This document shows, in pieces, positions 1 through 11,953 of a stretch of DNA of 64,000 nt; position 1 is the stretch's first letter; each line of letters opens with the position of its first letter. Source of the DNA: Squalus acanthias (lineage: Eukaryota); NCBI GenBank assembly GCA_030390025.1, contig CM059432.1:56422001-56486000 (forward strand), written 5' to 3'. Under the pieces are notes generated by a model that worked only from the letters and a program-made list of their open reading frames with translations, made no database searches and was not told where the DNA came from. The position numbers and the translations under genes are program-made.

Positions 1-290
1 GTATCTTGCTATGTCTTTGATGTGGTACCTTCCTGGCTGACTTAATTAACTTTATCACACCTCGGCAGATAGTCAGGATGATTTAATTTAGTGGTCTGCA
101 ATTGTAAGGTACACATGCTTTGTTCTCTATCTATATATGCTTTGGCGATTCTGTATCTAATTTACTTCACCTGAGGAAGGAGCAATCGATAGCTCCGAAA
201 GCTTGTGATTTCAAATAAAACTGTTGGACTATAACCTGGTGTTGTGCGACCTCTCAATTTTGTCCACCCCAGTCCAACACCGGCATCTCC
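1..290 (+). mobile_element. Penelope-like element 3' end (pseudo-LTR with hammerhead motif), truncated by window start
   Basis: Contains a CTGAGGA...GAAAGCTTGTGA hammerhead core followed by the tail ATTTCAAATAAAACTGTTGGACTATAACC...CCGGCATCTCC. The same tail recurs at 740-861. Confidence 0.75.
167..208 (+). ncRNA. Minimal type I hammerhead ribozyme motif
   Basis: TCAC-CTGAGGA-A-GGAGC(aatcgata)GCTCC-GAAA-GC-TT-GTGA: helix I TCAC/GTGA, CUGANGA and GAAA cores, 5-bp helix II, palindromic AGCT minimal helix III. This is the PLE-type architecture. Confidence 0.75.
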
Positions 291-1577
291 GCTTCAAGAC
301 AGAAAGCAGAGAGTGGGAGTAAAGGGTAGCTATTCACAGTGGCAAAAGTTGGGTAGTGGTGTTCCACAAGGATCGGTGCTGGGACCACTGCTGTTCACAA
401 TTTACATTAAACGATTTAGACTTTGGAATCAAAAACACAATTTCTAAATTTGCGGATGATACCAAATTGGGGGGGGATAGTCAATACTGAGGACTGCAAC
501 AAATTACAGGAGGACATTAATAAACTTGCAGAATGGGCAAATAATTGGCAAATGAAGTTCAACACAGACAAATGTGAGGTATTACATTTTGGTAGGAAGA
601 ATAGGGAGGTCACATCACTTGGAGGGTGTGAGTCTAGGTGGGGTATAACAAATGTGAGAAGTCGCACAACACCAGGTTATAGTCCAACAGTTTTATTTGA
701 AATCACGAGCTTTCGGAGCGCTGCTCCTTCATCAGGTCACTGACGAAGGAGCAGCGCTCCGAAAGCTTGTGATTTCAAATAAAACTGTTGGACTATAACC
801 TGGTGTTGTGCGACTTCTCACATTTGTCCACCCCAGTCCAACACCGGCATCTCCACATCATGGGTATAACAAAGGGATCTCTGAGTACAAATACACAAAT
901 CACAAAGTTGCACCACAGGTTAGCAAGGCTATTAAATATGCAAACCAAGCACTAGGGTTTATTTCTGGAGGGATAGAATTGAAAATTAGGAAAGTTATGC
1001 TGAACCTGTATTGAACCTTGGTTAGACCACACTTCGAATACTGTGTACAGTCTGGTCACCATATTATAAAAAGGATATAGAGGCACTGGAGAGGGTGCAG
1101 AGAAGATTTACAAGGATGATACCAGAAATGCGAGGGGATATATTATCAGGAAAGGATGAACAGGCTGGGTCTCTTTTCTCTTGAAAAAAGAAGGCTGAGG
1201 GGTGACCTAATAGAGGTCTATAAAATTATGAGGTTTTGATAGTGGATACAGGGAGAATGTTTCCACTTGTGGGGAAGAGCATAACTAGAGGCCATCAATA
1301 TAAGATAGTCACCAAGAAATCCAATAGGAAATTCAGAAGAAACTTCTTCACCCAAAGAGTGGTGAGAATGTAGAACTCACTACCACAGGGAGTGGTTGAA
1401 GCGAATAATATAGATGCATTTAAGGGGAGGCTGGACAAACATCTGAGGGAGAAGGGAATAGAGGGTTATGCTGATAGATTTAGATGAGGAAAGACGAGAG
1501 GAGGCGCGAGTGGGGCATAAACACCGGCATGGACTAGTTGGGCCGAATGGCCTGTTTCTGTGCCGTTCATCCTATGA
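291..1577 (+). mobile_element. CR1 LINE 3' portion (degenerate RT and tail), interrupted by the insertion at 653-861
   Basis: ORF fragments [17 protein letters not shown] and WQMKFNTDKCEVLHFGRKN; CR1-type tail GGGCCGAATGGCCTGTTTCTG. Confidence 0.9.
653..861. mobile_element. Penelope pseudo-LTR-only palindromic insertion carrying two divergent hammerhead cores
   Basis: Inverted arms 648-735 and 740-827 with a 4-nt spacer; flanking 12-bp direct repeat GGGTATAACAAA at 641-652 and 862-873; CR1 sequence resumes after it. Confidence 0.85.
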
Positions 1578-3778
1578 AATAGCAGAGGCTCTGACCATCA
1601 TTTTTCAATCCTCTTTGGTTACAGGTGTGGTACTGGAGGACTGCTAACGTTGTACCGTTGTTTAAAAAGGGAGAAAGAGATAGACCGAGTAATTAAAGGC
1701 CAGTCAGCCTAACCTCGGTGGTGGGCAAATTGTTGGAAAAAAATTCTGAGGGGCAGTATTATTCGTCATTTAGAAAGGCACAGATTAATAAAAGACAGTC
1801 GGCATGGACTTGTTAAGGGAAGGTCGTGTCTGACTAACTTGATTGAATTTTTTGAGGAGGTAACAAGGAGAGTTGATGAGGGTAGTGTGTTTGATGTAGT
1901 CTACATGGATTTCAGCAAGGCCTTTGACAAGGTCCCACATGGCAGACTGGTCAGAAAAGTCAAAGCCCATGGGATCCAAGGGAAAGTGGCAAGTTGGATC
2001 CAAAATTGGCTCAGTGGCAGGAAGCAAAGGGTAATGGTCAACGGATGTTTTTGTGACTGGAAAGCTGTTTCCAGTGGGGTTCCACAGGGCTCAGTACTAG
2101 GTCCCTTGCTTTTTGTGGTATACATCAATGATTTAGACTTCAATGTAGGGACATGATTAAGAAGTTTGCTGATGATACAAAAATTAGCCGTGTGGTTAAT
2201 AGTGAGGAAGAAATCTGTAGACTGCAGGAAGATATCAATGGACTGGTCAGGTGGGCAGAAAAGTGGCAAGTGGAGTTCAATCCAGAGAAGTGTGAAGTAA
2301 TGCATTTGGGGAGGGCAAACAAGGCAAGGGAATACACAATGGCCCATAATTTCCGATAGGAGGCTTCCTGCGTGCAGATGCCTCCTATCGGAAAAAAATC
2401 TACGCTCTTACCTGGGGGCTCCGAGGTCTGGACACTTCCGCTCCTGGGCCTCTCCACAGTCGAAATGCGCAGGGCCTACGTATCCCAGGGGCGCATGCGG
2501 TTCGCAAGCCTCCCTGAGATCACGTGGGCCAGGCGAGCCAATGAAAGAAAGGAATCCCCCTTCATACTTTTGACATGCAGACCTGTCAAAAGTATGAAAA
2601 AAGACATCAAAACATTAAATAATTTTTTTTTAAATCACGTTTTTAAAATGAGTTAAAATTACATTAAATATTTTAAACAAATTTAATTTTTTTTTTAAAA
2701 ATAATTTTTTTTACAGGGCTAAAAATAAACTTACCTTTTTTAAAAAAAAAGTATTTTAAAATTATAAATATTTTTTTTATTTTTTTCGACTCTTATGCTG
2801 GTAAAAGCAGGCCTTACGCCTGCTTTTACCAGGCGTAAGATTTCTAAGGGTTTTCAGCGGGTGGAGGTTCTGCAGAAAGCCGAACTCTCCACCTGCAGAG
2901 GCCCTTCTCCAGGGCAGGCGGAGGATCTGTCGAGAGGATTCTTGACAGATCGGAAATGCTGGTTTTCAGCGCCGGCATTTCCGATGTCCCTACGGGCATG
3001 TACACAGCGCGTACACACCCGTAGGCATCGGAAAATACGGGCCAATAAGTGGTAGGATACTGAGACGTGTAAAGGGACCTTGGAGCGCATGTCTGCAGAT
3101 CCATGAAGGTAGCAGGACAGGTAGATAAGGTGGTTAAGAAGGTATACGGGATACTTTCCTTTATTAGCCGAGGCATAGAATACAAGATCAGGGAGCTTAT
3201 GCTTGAACTGTATAAAACACTAGTTCGGCCACAGCTAGAGTACTGTGTACAGTTCTGGTCACCACATTGCAGGAAAGATGTGATTGCACTAGAAGAGGGT
3301 ACAGAGGAGATTTACGAGGATATTGCCAGGACTGGAGAATTTTAGCTATGGGGAAAGATTGGATAGGCTGGGGTTGTTTTCTTTGGAACAGAGGAGGCTG
3401 AGGGGAGACTTGATTGAGATACAATTATGAGGGGCCTAGATAGAGTGGATAGGAAAGATCTATTTCCCTTAGCAGTGAGGTCAATAACCAGGGGGCATAG
3501 ATTTAGGTAGGATGAGAGGGAGTTGAGGAGAACGTTTTTCACCCAAAGTATGTTGGGGGTCTGGAACTCACTGCCTGAAAGGGCGGTAGAGGTAGAGGCA
3601 GAAACGCTCATCACATTTAAAAAGTACTTGGTTATGCACTTGAAGTGCCGTAACCTACAAGGCTACGGACTAAGTGCTGGAAAGCCGGGTTAGGCTGGTT
3701 AGCTCTTTTTCGGCTGGCACAGACACAATGGATCGAATGGCCTCCTTCTGTGCTGTAAATTTCTATGATTCTATGATC
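1578..3778 (+). mobile_element. CR1 LINE 3' half, split by MITE 2341-3043
   Basis: RT motifs [41 protein letters not shown]; ends in an (ATTCTATG)n tail near 3760-3777. Confidence 0.92.
2341..3043. mobile_element. Non-autonomous DNA transposon (MITE), PIF/Harbinger-like
   Basis: 17-bp TIR GGCCCATAATTTCCGAT / ATCGGAAAATACGGGCC (15/17 match); 3-bp TSD AAT (2338-2340, 3044-3046); removing it rejoins the CR1 RT sequence. Confidence 0.9.
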
Positions 3779-4486
3779 TGATTACCCTGGTCCGATTATT
3801 CCTTGTCCTCTAATCCCACTTAACCTGAAGGCTGCACTTGGTTTTGATCTCACTACCATGTGTTTTTTTAATTGTTTCTATTAGATAAATTTTATATGGG
3901 AGTTTTGAGGCATTTGTAACTAGAAAATTAATTAAATATAATTACATATAATTAAATGCCATTAAATTGTGTGAAATTTGAACAGTTAATTTAGATATTT
4001 TTTAATTTATTTAAAATGACTTGCATATTGAGTGTATTTTCGTGAATTATTTGAGTGATTTGTTTGAAGAAAAATCCTGGCATCACTTTTCCAGTTCTTT
4101 AAAAGTGATTTTGTGAACTCTGCTAAACATTGGATTCTTGAGAATGTTTACAAAAGGTCAAAAGGCAATATGATAGTGGATTTCTGAGCCTTTTCTATAT
4201 ATACAAAAAAAGGGAAGATTTGAGGCCATTTCCTGATGAAATGCAATAACTATCCCACCTCACGAAACATATCAATTAAAATAGTGAATTGTGTATGTTA
4301 TTTGTACTTGAGAGGTATAACTCCTCACTTGCTATGCCATGGGAGATATATGCATATATAAAAAAAAAATGAAATGCAGCCCCTTTGGGAATCACTCCCT
4401 GCTCTTCCTAGCTCCACGTACAAAAAAGGCATTAAAACTCTGTTACTCTACTTCCCCACATTCACTTGGGTATCCTCCAAATATTT

Positions 4487-5115
4487 GACTTGGATTTTGC
4501 TTAGAGAATAACGGTGAGGCCATCAGTGCTCACCTTTATTACAGAGAAAATTGGACAGCAACTTTTGGCGTCCGCATATGCGCATTTAAACGAGGAAATC
4601 CAGAAGTTGCTGTCGGAGATTCCCCGCTCCTCCACAGGGTGCACTGTAACAGTCCTCTCTGATAGACTCAGCACTGAAATCAATGCAATGGTGTGAACTT
4701 GGGGTTCTTGATCACTAGTTCCCCACTAAAGACATAAAAAGTTAGGACTAGTGCATTCAAGAGGAAGTGATTTTTTAACTGTGTGTTAATTGATAATTAC
4801 TGCCAAACAACCTCACTGGCCCTGAAAATTATATTTTAAAAGTGTGGAGTCTCATTCCTTCAGAAGTTAATTAGTGTTGGAGATTAAAAAAAAAAATCAA
4901 AATTATTTTTTTTTTAATTATTTTAAAAAACTTTTTCTATCTGTCTCTTTTATCTCTCTCTCAATCCCATCTGTCTTTCCCAATGTTTCTTGCCACAGAT
5001 TCCCCTGTAGAAGATGCTGAGCTCGATCAGTTGCTGGATTTTTGCAAGTCTGCGCTCAAAAGTCCGCAAAAACTTTGTAGGCAGCTGTCAGCGAGCTCAC
5101 TGCAAAATGCGGGCC
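4487..5115. mobile_element. Degenerate GGCCC-ended MITE (Harbinger-like)
   Basis: Ends GACTTGGATTTTGC ... GCAAAATGCGGGCC are imperfect inverted repeats; AT-rich core like the other copies; TSD not clean. Confidence 0.5.
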
Positions 5116-7245
5116 GTTGTACAAGCCTGCTCCCAGCTCAGGCTCTGCTTGCCTCTGTTTGAAGTGCAGCACCATCCAGCCCACTTTCCACTCCGCCCGT
5201 CTGCAATTTCACCTCTAAAAGAGGGGTTGGGAGATAGAGGAGTAGAAGAAGGAGGAGGCGGCAGAGGGCTTGTCGTGGAATGGGGCAGGCCACAATTGGG
5301 TGCAACAGCATCTGAAGTGAAAGTGGGAAATTGGTACAGACCACAATGACAAGAAAAACAGAATGCGCTGGTCATAGAAAAAGTGGGAAATCAGCAAAAC
5401 AAATCTTACAAAATATACTATTTCACTCAGAATTTAAGAGGTTTTTACTTACCATTCAAAAGAGATGGAGGGAAAACAACAAAATGACAGGTGGGCTACT
5501 TGCAGCATAGTGCCACCAGTGATGGGAGGATTAGAACTACATTACAGAGGAAATCCAAATCTAAATGTTTACATAAGAAATCCAATTATAAATGTTTATA
5601 GAATCATAGTCATAGAATAGTACAGCACAGAAGGAGGCTGACCATAAAGCGTTAGCAAAAATCATGACAACAGAAAGCAAGGTTTGTGGACAAGGACATG
5701 CCATATGCTAGACTTTTAAATACGTATGCACACAATATATTTGATGTATTATAAACCTAACCTCAAAAGACTGCTGTTCTCTGCACCAGATCATTTTAAA
5801 ATTCTCTACCGTGATTTACATTATGAAATATGTTTTATTGGATACAAGACCGAACTTGAAAATGACTGGTAAATTAGTTGCTAAGAACACAGTGGCAGGA
5901 AAGTATGTCTCCTGAGACTTCACAGTCAGAGAACAGCAAGATATCCAGACTTGACTTGCAGTTTTGCTTTACAGTCATGTAGTAGTGGACAAATTTAGCA
6001 CAATCTGTACCGATTAAGTGCCATCTTCTGAGTCTCCGCACAGACCTAAATCAACCTTTGTCATTTCCAATTACATCATTAATTCGAACAGTCTGACTGC
6101 AAACACCTTCTATCGTACTAAAACTGAGAGTGCAGCATACTCTCATCCCCATAACAAATTTTAAAAATATTGATCCCAGTCATAGTCAACGCTGTTGGCA
6201 TTACATTTTTGCCCTTCCACTATTCAGAATTCCTGCTGGAATAACTTCTGGAAACTGGAAATTAGAAATTTGAGAAGTGTTCAGCTTATTAAAATAAAGT
6301 TGAGAGTTCAGGTGCTCTTTTAAGTGATCCATTGGCCTAAAAGTGAAAAATCCAAAAGGAATTAATTTGTACATATTGTTGCTATTCTTGGAAAATTGGT
6401 CAGTTACCAAATTTAAGAACAACTGGTGTCTCAGCATTTGTATACCTATGGCCAATTTGCTGTGTATAGGATCCTTCTTGGTGCAACTTGGTCGATGTGT
6501 TTACCCAGTTAAGAACAGTGACTCAGAAATAATTTATTGGATGCAATGTGCTTTGGACTTGATTAGGTCCTATACAAATACAAGTTGATGCTCTTTCTGG
6601 ACGTGTGGGTTAATAGACATGAGAATTAATTAGGTTGGGAAAATCAAACCGTTTTCCTCTAAAGTACCTGGAGGTAATACAATATTTTCTACAACTCTGG
6701 AAATTGTAGTTCCCCTGTATGGATGGAAACCTTAATGATATCATGTCAATATCAGAGGAATATAATAATTTGTTTTGCTCTGGCCTCCTGATGCTGAGTG
6801 TGTTCCAGAACTAAACAATAGCCTACATATTCTGATTTTTAACATTTGCGTGTGATTGATGTGTTGTATTGTGTTCTTGGATAAATTTAAAAAGTTTGAT
6901 GAAATATCTAATGCAGTTAAAGTGACTTATTGCACCATCTAGTCCAAATGTTGCTTGAGCATGATTAGCAAATGTTAATTTGAGTTTTGGACTGTTTCAT
7001 TTGGGATTGTGATCTTTGATCTGTGAATCCAAATCTCCAATTCATACTCCTTTTCAAACTTTTTAAAGTAAATTTTCTATTTTTTTTTTAAAGAGGTAAC
7101 GAAATATGTTATTGTTGAAATGAATTGGTTTAAATTCTAAACAGCACATACTCCTCACCACAGTTAACAGTTGGACTTCATTCAATTTGGTGGGGTAATA
7201 CAACATATTGATGGCTCACAAATCAGGTTCTGTTGTCTTCCACAG

Positions 7246-7398
7246 AAAAACTGTACGGTGACTTTCTGAGCTGGAACTTAGAAGAATTGCTATCACAATT
7301 TCCACTTGAATCTGGGAAGGTTGCTATTTTCACAGTGAACATCCATGTGAAACTGGACTTCTCCTGTCAAGAAAACCTACTACAGGACCTGAATGATG
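7246..7398 (+). CDS. TRAPPC9: Internal coding exon of trafficking protein particle complex subunit 9 (phase 1/1, 153 bp)
   Basis: Acceptor TTCTGTTGTCTTCCACAG, donor GTAAGT at 7399. Translation (E)[50 protein letters not shown](D) matches the recalled vertebrate TRAPPC9 segment [51 protein letters not shown]. Confidence 0.95.
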
Positions 7399-9453
7399 GT
7401 AAGTCATCTGTTACATAAAGCCATGATGAATCCAAAATTGGTTGGTTGTGATATTGTTGTTCAAAAGTGACTGAAAAATAAATTAAAATTTGTGAGAAGA
7501 AAGGATTTGCAACTCAACTTGTGAGTTACTGAAGGATCACATGGTGTAATCTGCACTGCATTTTCTGGTTCCAGGAAAGGTGCCAGAAATTTATTTATTG
7601 CAGCTGTGCACAGTGGAAGCAGGATGTAGTGAGGATGCAAGGCTCGTCCATTGGCAATATACAAGGAATGTTAGAAGGAAGTTGATTTCAGTCTAGCTTG
7701 GTCATCTTTAAAAATTATAACCATCTGCAGCTGTAAGCAGAGCTTCAGTTTAAAAGCTACACTGCGTACTCATTTAAACTTACTTGGAACTTAACACCTG
7801 AAGTACTGCATTTAGGTCCTCATTACAATTTCAATAATATTGCACCATTTCCTTATAATCTAACACATGCGATTTTTCCTCAAACTAAATTGAAAGATTA
7901 TCATCCTAACATGGAATTATGAGACATTGACCCATGAAGGCTTTTCATCTTTACAGTTGCCATGCATGCCACACGTTTCATATGATCTTCCTTACTTATT
8001 GTGTGCTACTTAGAAGCTGTTTTCTGGATTTGCACTTGAGTTCTTTTTCTTTTGTCTTTGGCAACAGTTCTGTTCTTCATTATTAAAGCCACTGACAAGA
8101 AGCTTGGTTTTCTCTTTTACGCCAAGCATCTTTTCCCTCCCCCCCCCCCAACAAAGTTCACTAAGTGGCAGCAAACAAAGAACACATCGGTTGCGGATTT
8201 GAATACTGTTCCCACTTGTGGGAAGCATCTTGTTGCATCCCTTACAAACCTGGATAATGCAAGAAAAATGTAATTTGTAAGAATCCTTCTGTAACTCCAC
8301 TCTGACCTGACTCCAATCTTCTTTCTCTATATTATCGATAATGTTTTAGTCCTTCAGATGAGCTATTAAACCAAGTTCCTATCTGCTGTTTTAGCTGATT
8401 CAGTTGTGGCTTTCATTCCTCCCTCAATAAATACTATCAAAAAGTTGAAGAACTGGTCATTTATATCATTGCCTGTTGGTGTCCTGCCCTCCTTCAAGGC
8501 AACTCTAATCACAAGAATAATTGCTTAAAGGATTGAGAACAGCAAGCAGTTTGTTCAGCATTATTTCTGTTATTGGATGTCAATGATCAGTCTTTCTGGA
8601 TGCACAAACTGATGCAGAACTTGGCTCAGCATGGGAAGAGGACTTCATGAAACTTTTAAATAGAGTGAAATAAATGAGGGCGGGAAGAATTACAGAATGG
8701 CAGTAGAAGGAAGTATATATTGTAAAACAGAACTGAAATGATTGCATGTTACTTCTCAATAAACCTGCAGTAATCATATCCCAATCGGTAATGTTCTTCT
8801 GCACGTCATTGTGCTTCAAGAATTTGGAGTGCACCAAAATTCTGTGTCAACAGTGATAGCTGCTGGCAGCAAACAAATTGATCCAAAAACAGACTTCTCT
8901 CCTTAAATACAATTGAAAATTGATAATTTCTAGGGCTTTATTTCAAGGATGTAGTGCAATCATGGATTTCAGGCAAAACTTAAAACCAACACTCCCGCCC
9001 GAAGCTTCACTCTTGAGGTTAAAGATGTCGTACAAATCACATGCTTAGTTCACTATGTTGTAATCTCTTGCTGGCATCCACTGATCTGCACTAGATTTTA
9101 TAGTGATTGGAAATTTTGTTTAAAAAAATTCTTTACCATATGCACTATGTTAAGAAGTACAAAGCAGATTTTCATTATCTACAAAATATGACTGCTAGTC
9201 GGAACATGTAAAGATAGTTAATCTCAGTTTCTGAATATAGTTCATCTACAGACAAATGAAAAGACTATCATCCAAACAATGAGAATCAGATCGCTTCTAA
9301 AACTTGCTGTCGACATTTATAGCCATGTGAGACGTAAAGCATCTGTTGCTCTTTATTCATAACTTTGTTCTTTTGTCCCAACTGCAACAAAAAGAGCATG
9401 AATTATTCTGGTGAGCCTGAATTATTTCAGGCAGTTTCTGTAGTTTTATATAC

Positions 9454-9615
9454 GGGGGTACATTTTCAACTTTCTGCTTGGCCGTGATTTTGGTGTTGTG
9501 GATTGGCTACTTGAGGCTGATTTCAATGGAAACAAAAATCGGGTAGTTTCTATAATGGGCGGCCGATTTGCAACACCAGTTTTGCACCCGAGCGGCAAGT
9601 TGAAAATCTACCTCC
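9454..9615. mobile_element. Short non-autonomous TIR element
   Basis: GGGGGTACATTTTCAACTT ... AAGTTGAAAATCTACCTCC inverted ends (17/19); TSD not resolved. Confidence 0.6.
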
Positions 9616-10627
9616 GTGTTTTAAGGACCACCTGTAGCTAGTCACTGCTTATCACATCAGTCCAGGAAATGTACTCTTTCTCTTGCATTTTTACAGTCAA
9701 CAGAGAGAAAGAAGCACAAGTTATCATAATAAATAACTGAATCTTGGGGTGCTTCATAGTTAAAACAAATATAAAGAGAAATGGTAAACTCTATAAATCC
9801 TGCAGAGAGAAAAGGGAATGAGTCCACTGGGCGGAATATAATAAAATGCCGAAATGAGGTAAAAGGGTGACCAGAGGGGCAAAGAGAGACCTCAAAACAA
9901 GCAGAGCAGCAAGGCAAAGCATAATAGTAAAAAAAAAATCTTTCAGTATCGTAACAGAACAAGGCCGGTGAAAGCAGATTCAATCCTAACTTTCGAAGGG
10001 GAATTGGATATTTACTTGAAAAGGAAAAAATTGCAGGGCTATGTACATAAGAACATAAGAAATAGGAGCAGGAGTAGGCCATTTGGCCCTTTGAGACTGC
10101 TCTGCCATTCAATAAGATCATGGCTGATCTTCTACCTCATCTCCACTTTCCTGCACTATCCCCATATCCCTTGATTCCCTTAATATTCAAAAATCTATCG
10201 ATCTCGGTCTTGAATATACTCAATGACTGAGCCTCCACAGCCCTCTGGGATAGAGAATTCCAAAGATTCACCACCCTCTGAGTGAAGAAATTTCTCCTCA
10301 TCTCAGTCCTAAATGGCCGACCCCTTATTCTGAGCCTGTGACCCCCAGGCTCTAGACTCCCCAGCCAGGAGAAACATCCTCCCTGCATCTACCCTGTCAA
10401 GTCCTGTAAGAATTTTGTATGTTTCAATGAGATCACCTCTCATTCTTCTAAACTCTGGAGAATATAGGCCCAGTCTACTCAATCTCTCCTCATAGGACAA
10501 TCCCTCCCCATCCCAGGAACCAGTCTGGTGAACCTTGGTTGCACTCCCTCTATGGCAAATATATCCTTCCTTAGGTAAGGAGACCAAAACTGTACACAAT
10601 ACTCCAGGTGTGGTCTCGCCCTATATA

Positions 10628-11052
10628 CAGGAAACTTTCGTTTATCCGGCATCGACGGGACCGGCGTGGTGCCGGTTTATCGAAAGTACCGGATAACAGA
10701 GAGTTATATCTACCGAGGCTATTTTTAACAAAGAGACTCCAAGCAGCACGGGAGAATCTACTCATGCTACTGCAATGTTTCGGACTTGCGACAGCGCCAG
10801 GAGGCCGAGTAGTGGCACTTTTGAAAAGTACCCCATCTGACTAAATCGGCGTTCGCGGACTCGGACTCGGACTCGGGATCGGCAACATTGCCGGTTATTT
10901 GAGAGGATTTTTTGGAGCACTCGGCGTTCCCGGAGACTCGACTGTGACTCGGCAACATTGCCGGTTATTTGAGAGGAGTTTTCGGAGGATGATTTTTGCC
11001 GGTTAAGCGAGAATTCCGGATATTTGGGTGCCGGATAAACGAAAGTTTCCTG
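10628..11052. mobile_element. Tc1/mariner-superfamily (pogo/Tigger-like) MITE
   Basis: Perfect 24-bp TIR CAGGAAACTTTCGTTTATCCGGCA; TA duplication on both sides; internal ~29-bp direct repeat TCGGCAACATTGCCGGTTATTTGAGAGGA. Confidence 0.9.
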
Positions 11053-11070
11053 TAATTGCAGTAAGACATC

Positions 11071-11953
11071 TGTTAGAAATAGCCAAGTTATGGCTATCTC
11101 TGGTCACTTTAAATAATCAGGTTCGAGTGCAAACCAATATTGTGTTTAATCAGAGTTTAAGACAGAATATAACGCATTAGTTGTACAGCAAAAACATACG
11201 GCCGTGACAAGAAGCTGAAACCGATCCGATCGGACAGACGGTTGACATATGAGCAATTTTCGCCGAGAGCGCCTCTCTCTCTCTCTCTCTCTCTCGCTCT
11301 CTCCCATCGTTGAGTACAAGCTTTCGGGACGTCACTTTTATTCTACTTTTAGGGGTGGGCCTGAACCGGGATATTGACAAGACCTTTTGACCTATAGAAG
11401 ATCCCCAGAAACCTTAATATCCAATGGGACCTCTAGTTCTTTGTCTCGATTCTTGTGTCAAAGCCCGCCCTAAAGATGTCTTATGATTTTGGCCACATGT
11501 CTTTCTCTGTTTATATTTTCCCAGGGTTTCCTTCCTGTGGAATTTCGTCCGTATCCTCCTTTGATCGCATGAAGCCCAACCAGAAACCTGTTCGCTTCAG
11601 AGGGTTACCTCCTTTATGACGTAGCAAATGTTTACGTTAACTTCCCCAAACATCCTACCGTTATCTTCGCAAGCAGTTCTATTAAGCTAACTTCAAATCC
11701 TACCTTAGCATTATACATAAAATACATAAACAAGGTTCAAGTCTTAACTTAAAAACAACAGATAATCGCTCAGCAACAGGGAGATTGTATATAGTACCCT
11801 CCGTAGGAAACCAAAACATTAGCACTTCTAAGCATCTATCTGGTCCGAGGAGACTTTCCGTCTGCAATTCGAACATAACCATTTAAACACAGCATTTTTT
11901 GCAGTTTTAATCGCATAACCATATACATTTTTAGGCATCTTTAGTTTCTAACG
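11071..11953 (-). mobile_element. Solo LTR (LTR retroelement/ERV)
   Basis: Termini TGTTAGAAA...TTTCTAAC(G); 4-bp TSD CATC/CGTC (CpG decay); removal restores CR1 sequence AAGACGTCTTTACTC; shares many blocks with 51760-53338. Strand is tentative. Confidence 0.8.

Noticed and set aside
5097..5375. Pro/Ser-rich minus-strand ORF as a nested gene exon
   Set aside because: No recognisable homology, no clear donor/acceptor pair, and it overlaps a MITE end.
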